Below are positions 56,601-64,000 of a DNA stretch of 64,000 nt, piece by piece. How positions within the stretch are numbered: position 1 is the stretch's first letter; each line of letters starts with the position of its first letter. The DNA is taken from NCBI GenBank assembly GCA_040753215.1, contig JBFMEZ010000029.1, positions 44,021 through 108,020 of the forward strand, read 5' to 3'. A program made the translations under genes and the position numbers. This DNA comes from Candidatus Micrarchaeota archaeon (lineage in GTDB: Archaea; Micrarchaeota; Micrarchaeia; Anstonellales; Bilamarchaeaceae). The notes below the pieces were generated by a model. The model ran no database searches and was not told the origin of the DNA. It was given only the letters and a program-made list of their open reading frames with translations.

Positions 56601-57181
56601 AAATGCTCGTCCTGGATTTGAGCGACCTTGATGACCAGAAGAGGAAAAAGGCAATAGTTACCCTCATCTCTTCCCGTTTGTTCAAATTAAGAAGAAAGGG
56701 TTCCATTCCCCCATTCATGCTCCTTGTGGAAGAGGCGCACAACTTCGCGCCCGAGCGCTCCAAGTCCGTGCACACGCCCTCCAAATTCATTATAGAGAAA
56801 ATAGCAAGGGAGGGAAGGAAGTTCGGTGCAGCCCTTTGCGTGGTCTCCCAGCGCCCTGTGCAGTTGAGCACAACCACTTTGAGCCAATGTAATACACATT
56901 TTATACTTCGCGTTACAAACCCGAACGACCTCGACCACATCAGGCAGAGCTCAGAAGGATTGGATGACCGCACCATGCGCAGCATTACATCTCTCAAAGT
57001 AGGCGAAGGAATAATCGTGGGCGAGGCAATCAACTACCCCGCATTCGTAGAAATCCGGGACAGGAAATCCAGGAAGATGGAAAAAGGGGAGCCCCTCCAC
57101 CTGCAGGCAATAAAGTTCGATTCCGACCAGCAGAAGAAGGAAGAGGAGGAAGAGGACGAGATTGAGGCGTTCCTGGACTGA
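53588..57181 (+). CDS. herA: HerA-family ATPase/helicase containing an intein
   Basis: HAS-barrel-like N-terminus; HLAILAMSGAGK|S; IDIHGEY; VEEAHNF; IAREGRKFG; SQRP. Confidence 0.88.
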   Translation: MKPLGTVISTEESPTTQEFSFVLEEGAPVKKNQFIQTTSEEGTVFGLVREITRANRYFERAESVAEYEKESPISTHFPIKSWEYAIGEVRILGIMRKVGEHYRQWRVSLPPSPGAKVLPANEQMLNDFIGFQPDGLMLGKLQNHDVEAKVSMTRLLQKHLAILAMSGAGKCATYDTPVMLADGTHRKIGELADNAFSNGEIHNEDGTEVAFPKEDIFVLSLDAKYKVAPNTVYAITRRRSPENLVALKTRTGRNITLTTEHPVLAISGKGPEWKKAGDVKEGEHIAVPRELSFGSADEANLLDFYKDSEKMCVFDPNATLELKKGLSEKGIMSSRRIYRQLSEGCMPIRTFHELCAKAGRKDLLHTAQKLRYFNSKTSIPPRLKLDRRLGRFVGYLMGDGHVSGNCLNLSALNPEIREDFRKISMELFGFEAAMYPTSVRVHSKALVCVLNDIFGVKPSTEEKTVTPTILSANKEFVSGFLTGLFDTDGSVSLKKPEIEFCSKGRSLASGTMLLLLRFGILPVLKVKHNKKYDRDYHIVYARGSTNLGIFMHEISFVSYKKRSRLEKMASLKSNTNIDVIPSLDPLLSDLMGMLRISESETTRRARVANNLSRYGSGGDALSRDTFVKIARTLSERAEELWYLCIAADTIAIPSSKPDAILSSCGEIKNSRNLQYKQISGCCDVSAPTVKRMLSGDTAITDSILEIGRGVSAAAGHHGTEQLEDMLGEHEEFAAFDAMNLFKLADGMGLPYELLDTYSGLHQGAWASFRRGDRPLSLESKTRMVRGLQQAASEIKNKVESCRDSLGLLLSLGNSAILWDGVEEITPVKSKHDYVYDIALKGNHNFLAGEVPLVIHNSHLSSVILEELLDRKKEDGRISVVVIDIHGEYVGFKSDPKYGKQVRIVEGKTISVPFSNLNPELLSTLFPDMTGPARVELGKILKQMSEDARQNNTVYGLQDLIARVETSGMNKNTKESLMRPLYELLSMRLIHPTRKNPNLYELRPGEMLVLDLSDLDDQKRKKAIVTLISSRLFKLRRKGSIPPFMLLVEEAHNFAPERSKSVHTPSKFIIEKIAREGRKFGAALCVVSQRPVQLSTTTLSQCNTHFILRVTNPNDLDHIRQSSEGLDDRTMRSITSLKVGEGIIVGEAINYPAFVEIRDRKSRKMEKGEPLHLQAIKFDSDQQKKEEEEEDEIEAFLD
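54098..56155 (+). mobile_element. 686-aa LAGLIDADG intein in the Walker A motif
   Basis: Cys1 CATYDT, block B LTTEHP, GYLMGDG and GLFDTDG, C-terminal VYDI...HN then Ser+1. Confidence 0.95.
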
Positions 57182-57244
57182 TTCTTGCCAAACCGCTAGT
57201 TATAAATAGTGGGAAAGATATAGCAATATCACCGAGGTATGGAA

Positions 57245-57485
57245 ATGAAACAGAGGTGCCTGCTTTGGAAGCGGGGCTTGCTTCATACGCCTTGATTCAA
57301 AGGCGCGCCTAGTTTTACCTCTAGAAATAAGGGACGCCCTCGGGATTGAAGGCAGGGATAAAATTCTGCTCAGCTTCAGCGCTGTGAGAGGCGGCAAGGT
57401 CATCGTACAACTGGCGAAAGCCAACAGCGCGCTGCTCACAGTAAAATGCTCCAGGAATTGCGAATATGTAAAGGAGGGCGAATAA
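57245..57485 (+). pseudogene. AbrB/MazE/SpoVT-type regulator with an apparent frameshift right after the start
   Basis: Frame 57249-57485 reads IRLDSKARLVLPLEIRDALGI; ATG 57245 is one base out of frame. Confidence 0.65.
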
Positions 57486-57486
57486 A

Positions 57487-58419
57487 ATGGCAGCATCGAG
57501 AGCCATCGCTATGGAATACAAAAACAGGTTCGTGCAGGGCAGAACGCTGGCATACATGTTCCTGCCGCTGGCCGAGCCCTCGTGCAACTGCCGGTGTACT
57601 GGCTGTTATGTGCTGGCATCAGAAGCATATCCAAAGAGAATCAAAAGAAGCGAAGAACAGGTAATATCGGATTTGAAAAGGCTTACCGCTTTGGGTTATT
57701 CGGTTATACCATCTACTACTGAGATACTGATGAATGAGCGGTATCTTGAGATGCTGCGCGCAGTTAAAACAACATATGTGCTGACCAATGGAAATCCGGT
57801 CGTCTCAAAACCCGGCATATTGGACGAGCTAAAGAGCATTGGGATTGTGCAGGTTGTCCTGTCGGCTAATTTCGGGAATAGCGGGCTTGTCCTCCCCGGC
57901 ATGAGCACATTCAGGGAAGCGGCAAGGCTCGCCGTCGCAGCAGGCCTTGGCATCATGGCCAGGATAACTCTGACAAAGGAAAACTACCCGAATACGCTAG
58001 AAATGATTGATGCGTGCAGGCGGTTTGGCATAAGATGCATACAGTTCCTGAGGTTCATGCCGATAGAACGCGGCCCGGAAACGCTTGATGAAAATGATGC
58101 GAAAACATTTTTCGGAATGCTGGAATCCGCTAGGGCATCAAACCCGGACATGTATCTATCCGCAGGCGGCTCGCTGGGCAGCCAGTTCAGGAGAAAAGAA
58201 TTCATCTGCTCTGCAGGCAGGGCGCAGTTCACAATCGGTCTTGACACCAGGATTTACCCATGCATTTACCTTACACAGGATGAGAATGCGATAGGCAGAT
58301 ACGAAGAGGGAAACGTCATAATTGAGCGGGAATTCTCCATCGGAGGAAATGATCTGGACTGCCCGGCTTACCGCTACTTCGCTTTATGCTCCAAAAACGG
58401 AGAAACAAAAATGAGGTGA
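57487..58419 (+). CDS. Radical SAM protein with SPASM/twitch-like C-terminus
   Basis: CNCRCTGC, LTNG, CSAG...IYPC. Confidence 0.85.
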   Translation: MAASRAIAMEYKNRFVQGRTLAYMFLPLAEPSCNCRCTGCYVLASEAYPKRIKRSEEQVISDLKRLTALGYSVIPSTTEILMNERYLEMLRAVKTTYVLTNGNPVVSKPGILDELKSIGIVQVVLSANFGNSGLVLPGMSTFREAARLAVAAGLGIMARITLTKENYPNTLEMIDACRRFGIRCIQFLRFMPIERGPETLDENDAKTFFGMLESARASNPDMYLSAGGSLGSQFRRKEFICSAGRAQFTIGLDTRIYPCIYLTQDENAIGRYEEGNVIIEREFSIGGNDLDCPAYRYFALCSKNGETKMR

Positions 58420-58424
58420 AAAGT

Positions 58425-59207
58425 ATGAAAATCATGACAAAAACCATAGAAAGAGATCGGCTTACCCCGCACCTTAAGCTGGCAAGGGCGACACCGTTCG
58501 CAATTTTGCCCGGCGACCCGGGCAGGATAGACAGGATAAAGAAGTTCCTCCGCAAGCCCGAGGAGGTCGCTTACAACCGGGAGTTCAGGACGTGTATAGG
58601 CAAATACAGGGGCGTGGATGTCACGGTCACTTCCACCGGCATAGGATGCCCGTCCGCCGCGATTGCGGTGGAAGAGCTCGCGAACATCGGCGTGAGGACC
58701 TTCGTGCGCATAGGCACGTGCGGAGGCCTTGTCAGCGGTATGGAAGCGGGCGACATCGTCATCCCGGTTGCCGCGATGCGCGGCGAAGGAACTACGCGCG
58801 AGTACGTGCCGGTTGAATTCCCGGCGGTCGCGGACCTTGCGGTCACCAATTCGCTGATAGCCGCGGCCAGGCTGGCGGGCGTGCGGCTTTTTACCGGAGT
58901 AGACAGGACGCACGATGCGTTTTACGAGCCAATCGGCAATTTCACGAAGCTTGCGGACATAGGCTCGCCGCCCCTGGTAAGCTCCGAGATGGAATGCTCA
59001 GCGGTATTCCTTACAGCCATGCTCAGGGGAGCAAGGGCCGGTGCAATCCTCGTGGTCAACACTCCGGAGCCGCCAAAGGAAGTGAGAGAAAACCCGGAAA
59101 GCATCTATCGCCTGGCGGATGTTAAGGCAGTTGAACGTGGCATGGACGCCGCGATAAGAATCGCCCTTGAGGCGATAAGAAAGCTAAGAGGTGAAAAATA
59201 TGAATGA
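58425..59207 (+). CDS. Nucleoside (uridine) phosphorylase
   Basis: LPGDPGR, NREF, STGIGCPS, RIGTCG, SEME. Confidence 0.92.
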   Translation: MKIMTKTIERDRLTPHLKLARATPFAILPGDPGRIDRIKKFLRKPEEVAYNREFRTCIGKYRGVDVTVTSTGIGCPSAAIAVEELANIGVRTFVRIGTCGGLVSGMEAGDIVIPVAAMRGEGTTREYVPVEFPAVADLAVTNSLIAAARLAGVRLFTGVDRTHDAFYEPIGNFTKLADIGSPPLVSSEMECSAVFLTAMLRGARAGAILVVNTPEPPKEVRENPESIYRLADVKAVERGMDAAIRIALEAIRKLRGEKYE

Positions 59208-59224
59208 AATGAGAAGGATGGAAG

Positions 59225-60358
59225 GTGGAAAGGAAAGGGATTTGCTTCACCCGCAGGCTGCCGCCCTTTGAAATCAAGGCACGGCTTCTCTGCAGCGGGG
59301 CACGGGTGGACGCGGAGGCGAAGGAGCTTTTCGAGCGCCAAAACCCCTCAAGGGTAAAAAGAGGGGGCCTCAGCTCAGGAGGGAAAATCAGGCTGGACAG
59401 AGGCCTTTTCGTGAACTTTCCCTTCTACGAGAGGAGAGAAACTCCCCTCACGGTTTTGAAGGAGCCCAATAGGGAGCTCGGTGTCCTTATATCGGAAAAT
59501 GGCAATCCGATAGCTTCTGCCGAAGTCCTGATGCCTCCCGCCTGGTATAATGAGGAGGTGGAGGGCTTTCCCATAACGAGGATATTCACAGCACACAACC
59601 GCCAGCTCGCAACCGCGGTGTATGAGGATTGCGCGCTTTTCTACACCGGAGAGCAGTGCCGCTTCTGCGCCATAAACCGCAGCCTTTCGGACAAAGACCC
59701 AAAGCTGGTGAGGAAGAGCGGGGATTTGCTTGTCGCTGCGCTGGATAAAATCCCGGTAAGGGATTACGGCGGCATAACCCTTAATGGCGGGATGACGTTA
59801 ACTCCAGCCCGGGGGATGGAGGTGCTCGCGCCGGTAGTGGAAAGGATAAGGAAATCTTATCCTGAAATACCGATTGCAGTTGAAATAACCCCGCCTCAGG
59901 GCCTGGATTGGATAGACTGGCTCGCGGCTTCAGGTGCCTCAAGCCTGATGATGAACCTCGAGACCTGGGATTCTGTGCTCCGCTCGAAACTCCTCCCCGG
60001 AAAAGACGGGTACTGCCCGAGGGAACAATACCTTTATGCCTTTGAAAGGGCGCTCAAGGTGTTTGGGCCGGGCAAGATTTCCACATGCTTTGTGGTCGGG
60101 ACCGAGCCGATGGAATCCCTTAGAGAAGGCATCTCAAAAGTCGTGTCCATGGGAGTTGTGCCCTCGCCGCTTGCGGGCAGGTATTTCGAGGATATTCCAG
60201 ACTACCCATTTGTTCCTGATGTGGACTGGAAGGATTTCCTGGATATCGTCCTCTACGCCGCCTCAGAGATGAGGAAAGCAGGCAAATCCATTGCCGATAA
60301 GGCGGGCTGTGTCGCGTGCGGCATGTGCGACCTCGTGCGCGACGCTTTCTTTTCTTGA
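59225..60358 (+). CDS. Radical SAM protein with Cx8Cx2C motif
   Basis: CALFYTGEQCRFC; C-terminal GCVACGMC. Confidence 0.8.
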   Translation: MERKGICFTRRLPPFEIKARLLCSGARVDAEAKELFERQNPSRVKRGGLSSGGKIRLDRGLFVNFPFYERRETPLTVLKEPNRELGVLISENGNPIASAEVLMPPAWYNEEVEGFPITRIFTAHNRQLATAVYEDCALFYTGEQCRFCAINRSLSDKDPKLVRKSGDLLVAALDKIPVRDYGGITLNGGMTLTPARGMEVLAPVVERIRKSYPEIPIAVEITPPQGLDWIDWLAASGASSLMMNLETWDSVLRSKLLPGKDGYCPREQYLYAFERALKVFGPGKISTCFVVGTEPMESLREGISKVVSMGVVPSPLAGRYFEDIPDYPFVPDVDWKDFLDIVLYAASEMRKAGKSIADKAGCVACGMCDLVRDAFFS

Positions 60359-60483
60359 TTTTTTTTCATTACCGGCATCACTGGCACCGAGGTCTCATTT
60401 CCTTTTTATACTTCCCGTCAGAACAATCTTCATGTCAGAAGAACCCGATAGCAATATATACCTTATCTATACATTATATTTAC

Positions 60484-60768
60484 ATGAGCAATACAATAAA
60501 TATACACGCAAGGTTCAGCGGCGACGTGGCAGAAACGATAGAGATGATAATTTCCAGGGGCAGGGCGGCAAGCAAGACAGAAGCAATCCGCCTCGCCCTG
60601 CTGGATTATCGGGAACGCCATCTGGAAGACAAGGAAATAGAGAGATTCTTCAGGGACGCAACAGTAGAATCATTCAACAGGGCATGGGACAACCCCGCGG
60701 ACGAGAAGGCCGCGGAATGGTACAGGAAGAATGCAAAGAGGTTGGCCCGTGAAGCCCAGAAGAAATGA
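60484..60768 (+). CDS. Ribbon-helix-helix antitoxin
   Basis: GRAASKTEAIRLAL, AWDNPAD; overlaps the toxin gene. Confidence 0.8.
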   Translation: MSNTINIHARFSGDVAETIEMIISRGRAASKTEAIRLALLDYRERHLEDKEIERFFRDATVESFNRAWDNPADEKAAEWYRKNAKRLAREAQKK

Positions 60769-61084
60769 AATTTACTTCTCTCCATTCCCATTTTCCGATT
60801 CCTCCGAAGAAAAAACGCGGCCCGTTCTTGTAATCTCAAACAACCACTACAATTCCAATGAACCCGATGTCATTGTGTGCGGCATGACCAGCAATATCGG
60901 CAATCCATATGCCCTTCCCATCCATAAAGCAGACTTGGAACATGGAATTTTATATGAGGACAGCTATGCAAGGGCGGACATGGTCGGCAGGATTGCCCAG
61001 AATAAGCTTCACTATAGAATAGGAAAAGTAAGGGAAGAGTTCTGCGCCCGCCTGATTGCCAGAATAATGAAGCTAATCGGCTGA
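60749..61084 (+). CDS. MazF/PemK-family toxin
   Basis: PFPFSD...KTRPVLVISN, GMTS. Confidence 0.9.
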   Translation: MKPRRNEIYFSPFPFSDSSEEKTRPVLVISNNHYNSNEPDVIVCGMTSNIGNPYALPIHKADLEHGILYEDSYARADMVGRIAQNKLHYRIGKVREEFCARLIARIMKLIG

Positions 61085-61234
61085 TTTCCACATCCATTTA
61101 CAAACCATTACTGGAACCAAGGTCTCCCCTCCTTTTTATACCCCCATCCGCCTTCCCACCCCATGTTCATCTTCGAATCCTATTCGCCCTCTGCTTCCGA
61201 AATGTTCTTAAACCTTATTCAAAATAATGAACTT

Positions 61235-61765
61235 ATGTTCAAAAAATTGAATTTGTTTTCAAAAACAGAATGGAAGCTTCTCTCCTTCATCTCGCAGAGG
61301 GACGGGGAGCTGTACGAGCGCCAGATTGCGGAGGAAAGCGGCGTAAGTGCAGGCTCCGCCAATTCCATCCTCAAAAGCTTTGAAAGAATGGACATCGTGA
61401 AGAAATCCCGCTCCGGAAGGATGCTCTTCTACCAGAGGAATGATGATAATCCGATGGTACGCCAGCTCAAGGTCGTCATGACTATGAATGATATAATGCC
61501 AGTAATAGAAAAGCTCTCCACGCTTTCCAGGCGCATAACCCTGTTCGGAAGCTGCGCCCAAGGTACTAACACAGAAGCAAGCGACATAGACCTTTTCGTA
61601 CTCTCCGATGAAAAATCCCAAATCCGCAGGATACTAGATTCCTACCCGAAAATACAAGTGATAATCCTGACCGCACAGGAATACGCAGAGCTGGAGAAAA
61701 AAGACAAGCCCTTATACGAGAGGATAAACCGCGGGATAGAATTGTACGGTGGCCGGAATGGATAG
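61235..61765 (+). CDS. HTH-minimal nucleotidyltransferase (MNT) antitoxin
   Basis: HTH RQIAEESGVS; LFGSCAQG...SDIDLFV. Confidence 0.88.
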   Translation: MFKKLNLFSKTEWKLLSFISQRDGELYERQIAEESGVSAGSANSILKSFERMDIVKKSRSGRMLFYQRNDDNPMVRQLKVVMTMNDIMPVIEKLSTLSRRITLFGSCAQGTNTEASDIDLFVLSDEKSQIRRILDSYPKIQVIILTAQEYAELEKKDKPLYERINRGIELYGGRNG

Positions 61766-62183
61766 CAAGCTCAAGAGATGCATAGATGAAAGGAAAATAG
61801 TCCAAATCCCCCTCCAGCCTGATTTGGTCCAAAAGGAGATAGACGCCGCCATTTTCGACCTGAAAACTGCAGAGGAATCATTCTCAGAAGGAAACCATAA
61901 GTGGGCCACAGTGCAGGCTTACTATTCAATGTTCCACTCTGCAAAAGCCCTTGTCCTTTCCAAAGGCTACCGCGAGAAGAGCCATGTGTGCCTCTCAATA
62001 GCCCTCAAATCCCTTCTCGTGGACAAAAACCTCCTCGAGCAATCCCATTATGAGCATTTCCGCGACTGCATGGAGCTGCGCGAGGATGCGGATTACGGTC
62101 TCATATACTCCAGGCATTCCGCAGAAACTGTGATTGGGTGGGCAAAGGAATTCCTTGAAGCCGCGAGAAAAGTAATCGGCTGA
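61758..62183 (+). CDS. HEPN domain protein
   Basis: AYYSMFHSAKAL, KSH, LREDADY. Confidence 0.88.
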   Translation: MDSKLKRCIDERKIVQIPLQPDLVQKEIDAAIFDLKTAEESFSEGNHKWATVQAYYSMFHSAKALVLSKGYREKSHVCLSIALKSLLVDKNLLEQSHYEHFRDCMELREDADYGLIYSRHSAETVIGWAKEFLEAARKVIG

Positions 62184-62319
62184 TTGCCGCCCCCATCCAT
62201 TTCCCTCCCCATTTTTACCGCTTATTCTGCCTCCCCCACAAGCAATCAGAAACCATTACTGGAACCACTGGAACCGAGGTCTCCCCCGCTTTATAAACCT
62301 CCAAAATCCCATCCCACCC

Positions 62320-63483
62320 ATGACCAGTGTGGAGAAAGTGAAGAACCTCTCGGAGGTAGCCTCCTTCGACATGGAGAGCTGCCAGAGCTCCACCTTCCTT
62401 TCCCTTGGAAAAACCCAGCTCCCAATCTACAAGGCCTCCAGCCCACGCGGCTCCTGCAGGCTCTTCAAGACGCTCCTCACAAATAAGTGCAAGATGGATT
62501 GCAAGTACTGCATAAACTCCAAATGCTCCTTGCGCAGGCAGCCCCACAGGTACGAAAAAGGCGAGCTCGCCCGCACCTTCCATTTCTTCTACAAGAAAGG
62601 ATTGGTGGAAGCACTCTTCCTCTCTTCTTCCATAGAGGAACCCGAAACAAACATGGAAGAAATGATAGAAGAAGTAAAAACCCTCCGTGAGGATTTCCGC
62701 TTCCGCGGCTACATCCACCTTAAGATTCTCCCCGGCTCCACAAGGGACCAGGTCCGGAGAGCCGCCCTCTACGCCGACCGCCTCTCCATAAATTTGGAAT
62801 CTATCTCCCCCTCCCACCTCTCCGAGCTCTCCTCCACCAAGGACATGAAGAATGACATCCTCGTCCGCCAATCCTGGATAAGGGAAGAAGTGAAAAAGCG
62901 TTCCGGTCTTAATGAGCCGACAGCCGCTTCGGACGATGCGCCACCCAAGCTCCGCGGCAGTCGCCTCACTCATACCACCCAACTTATTGTAGGCGCCTTG
63001 GGCGAATCCGACAAGGAAATCTTCTCCTGCGCAGTTTCCGAATACACCCACATGGAAGTGAAGCGCGTCTATTATTCCCCCTTCTCCCCCATTTTAGGAA
63101 CTCCTCTTGAGAACCATTCCCCCGCAGGGAAATGGAGAGGCCACCGCTTATACCAATTGGATTTCCTCTACCGCGACTACGATTTCAAAAAGGAAGAGAT
63201 AGACCTCGCTTTCAGGAATGATTTCCTGCCCAACGAGGACCCAAAAGTAACAATCGCGCGCTCCCAACTAGCCAAGCCAGTGGAGATAAACGGCCTTGGA
63301 AAGGAAGAACTCCTCCGCATTCCAGGGGTGGGTCCCAAAACAGCGGAGAGGATCGCCTCCCACAAAGGAAGAATATCCAGCATGCTCCAGCTGCACAAGC
63401 TGGGCGTGAACCTTTCCAAGGCCCTCCCATTCATAAAGATAGATGGAAGTTACCAGGAGAGGATTAGTTCCTTCTGCGCGTAG
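62320..63483 (+). CDS. Putative DNA modification/repair radical SAM protein with C-terminal HhH
   Basis: CKMDCKYC, GYIHLKILPG, ADRLSINLE, HRLYQ, LLRIPGVGPK. Confidence 0.88.
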   Translation: MTSVEKVKNLSEVASFDMESCQSSTFLSLGKTQLPIYKASSPRGSCRLFKTLLTNKCKMDCKYCINSKCSLRRQPHRYEKGELARTFHFFYKKGLVEALFLSSSIEEPETNMEEMIEEVKTLREDFRFRGYIHLKILPGSTRDQVRRAALYADRLSINLESISPSHLSELSSTKDMKNDILVRQSWIREEVKKRSGLNEPTAASDDAPPKLRGSRLTHTTQLIVGALGESDKEIFSCAVSEYTHMEVKRVYYSPFSPILGTPLENHSPAGKWRGHRLYQLDFLYRDYDFKKEEIDLAFRNDFLPNEDPKVTIARSQLAKPVEINGLGKEELLRIPGVGPKTAERIASHKGRISSMLQLHKLGVNLSKALPFIKIDGSYQERISSFCA

Positions 63484-63495
63484 GTGATGTAAAAA

Positions 63496-63894
63496 ATGAA
63501 GCTAAAGGAATCGGAATCAGTCGGACTCAAGAAATCAACCGGCGAGATGAAGGACGCCGTAATATCTATCGTTTCCATCCTCAATAAGCACAAGGCCGGG
63601 AAGCTATATTTTGGTGTGAGCAATCGCGGGCAGGTGCTGGGGCAGGAAATAAGTGAAAAAACATTGCGTGACATATCCCAAGCGGTTGCGGAAAGCATCG
63701 AACCAAAGATTTATCCATCAATAAGAAGAATAGAAATCCTCGGAAAAACATGTGTTGAAGTTGATTTCTCCGGGGAAAACCAGCCTTATTTCGCATATGG
63801 GCGCGCATACGTCCGGGTGGGGGACGAGGACCGCCAACTAAGCGCAAGGGAGCTAGAATCATTTTTCCTTAATAACCTAACTTCGCCAGATTAG
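63496..63894 (+). pseudogene. Schlafen/AlbA_2-domain gene, apparently truncated
   Basis: ES..V.LKKS, GKLYFGV, AYVRVG; ends at the putative IS end. Confidence 0.6.
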
Positions 63895-64000
63895 TATAAA
63901 GGTTACGTCTGCCTAATCAGTTTGATACCCATGAAAAGGCAAAACGTAACCTTCGGAATAGGTAGCGTAGCCCTGATTGATAAAGCTGACGCCCAGACAG
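63876..64000 (+). mobile_element. Probable IS left end with a partial ORF from 63931 (IS1634/IS4-like; tentative)
   Basis: CCTAACTTCGCC at the truncation point; ORF MKRQNVTFGIGSVALIDK runs off the window. Confidence 0.4.

Overview
Archaeal chromosomal window. A DPANN lineage such as Micrarchaeota is plausible but is an inference only. Bases 1.8-17.5 kb hold the large ribosomal superoperon (rpl3 to rpl15, secY, adk, DUF106/EMC3, rpl34e, cmk, rpl14e). It is followed by a small island fused onto cbf5, tRNA-Ser(GGA) and rps13-rps4-rps11-rpoD-taw1. The rest is accessory: TrmB and Lrp regulators, four paralogous Cys/Ser-rich repeat proteins, radical SAM, PLP and methyltransferase genes, toxin-antitoxin pairs, tRNA-Ser(UGA), an intein-containing HerA and a probable IS end. 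The most striking signal is a mosaic family of 50-200 bp palindromic mini-elements at gene 5' ends. At rpl23, rpl29, cmk and herA the first codons are duplicated, almost always with synonymous-only differences; at rpl14 only the start codon context recurs. In all five the insert reads as an open mini-ORF that stops at the restored start codon, which would keep translational coupling. Related sequence abuts both tRNA 5' ends, and related hairpin modules sit in-frame inside adk, a methyltransferase and a radical SAM gene.
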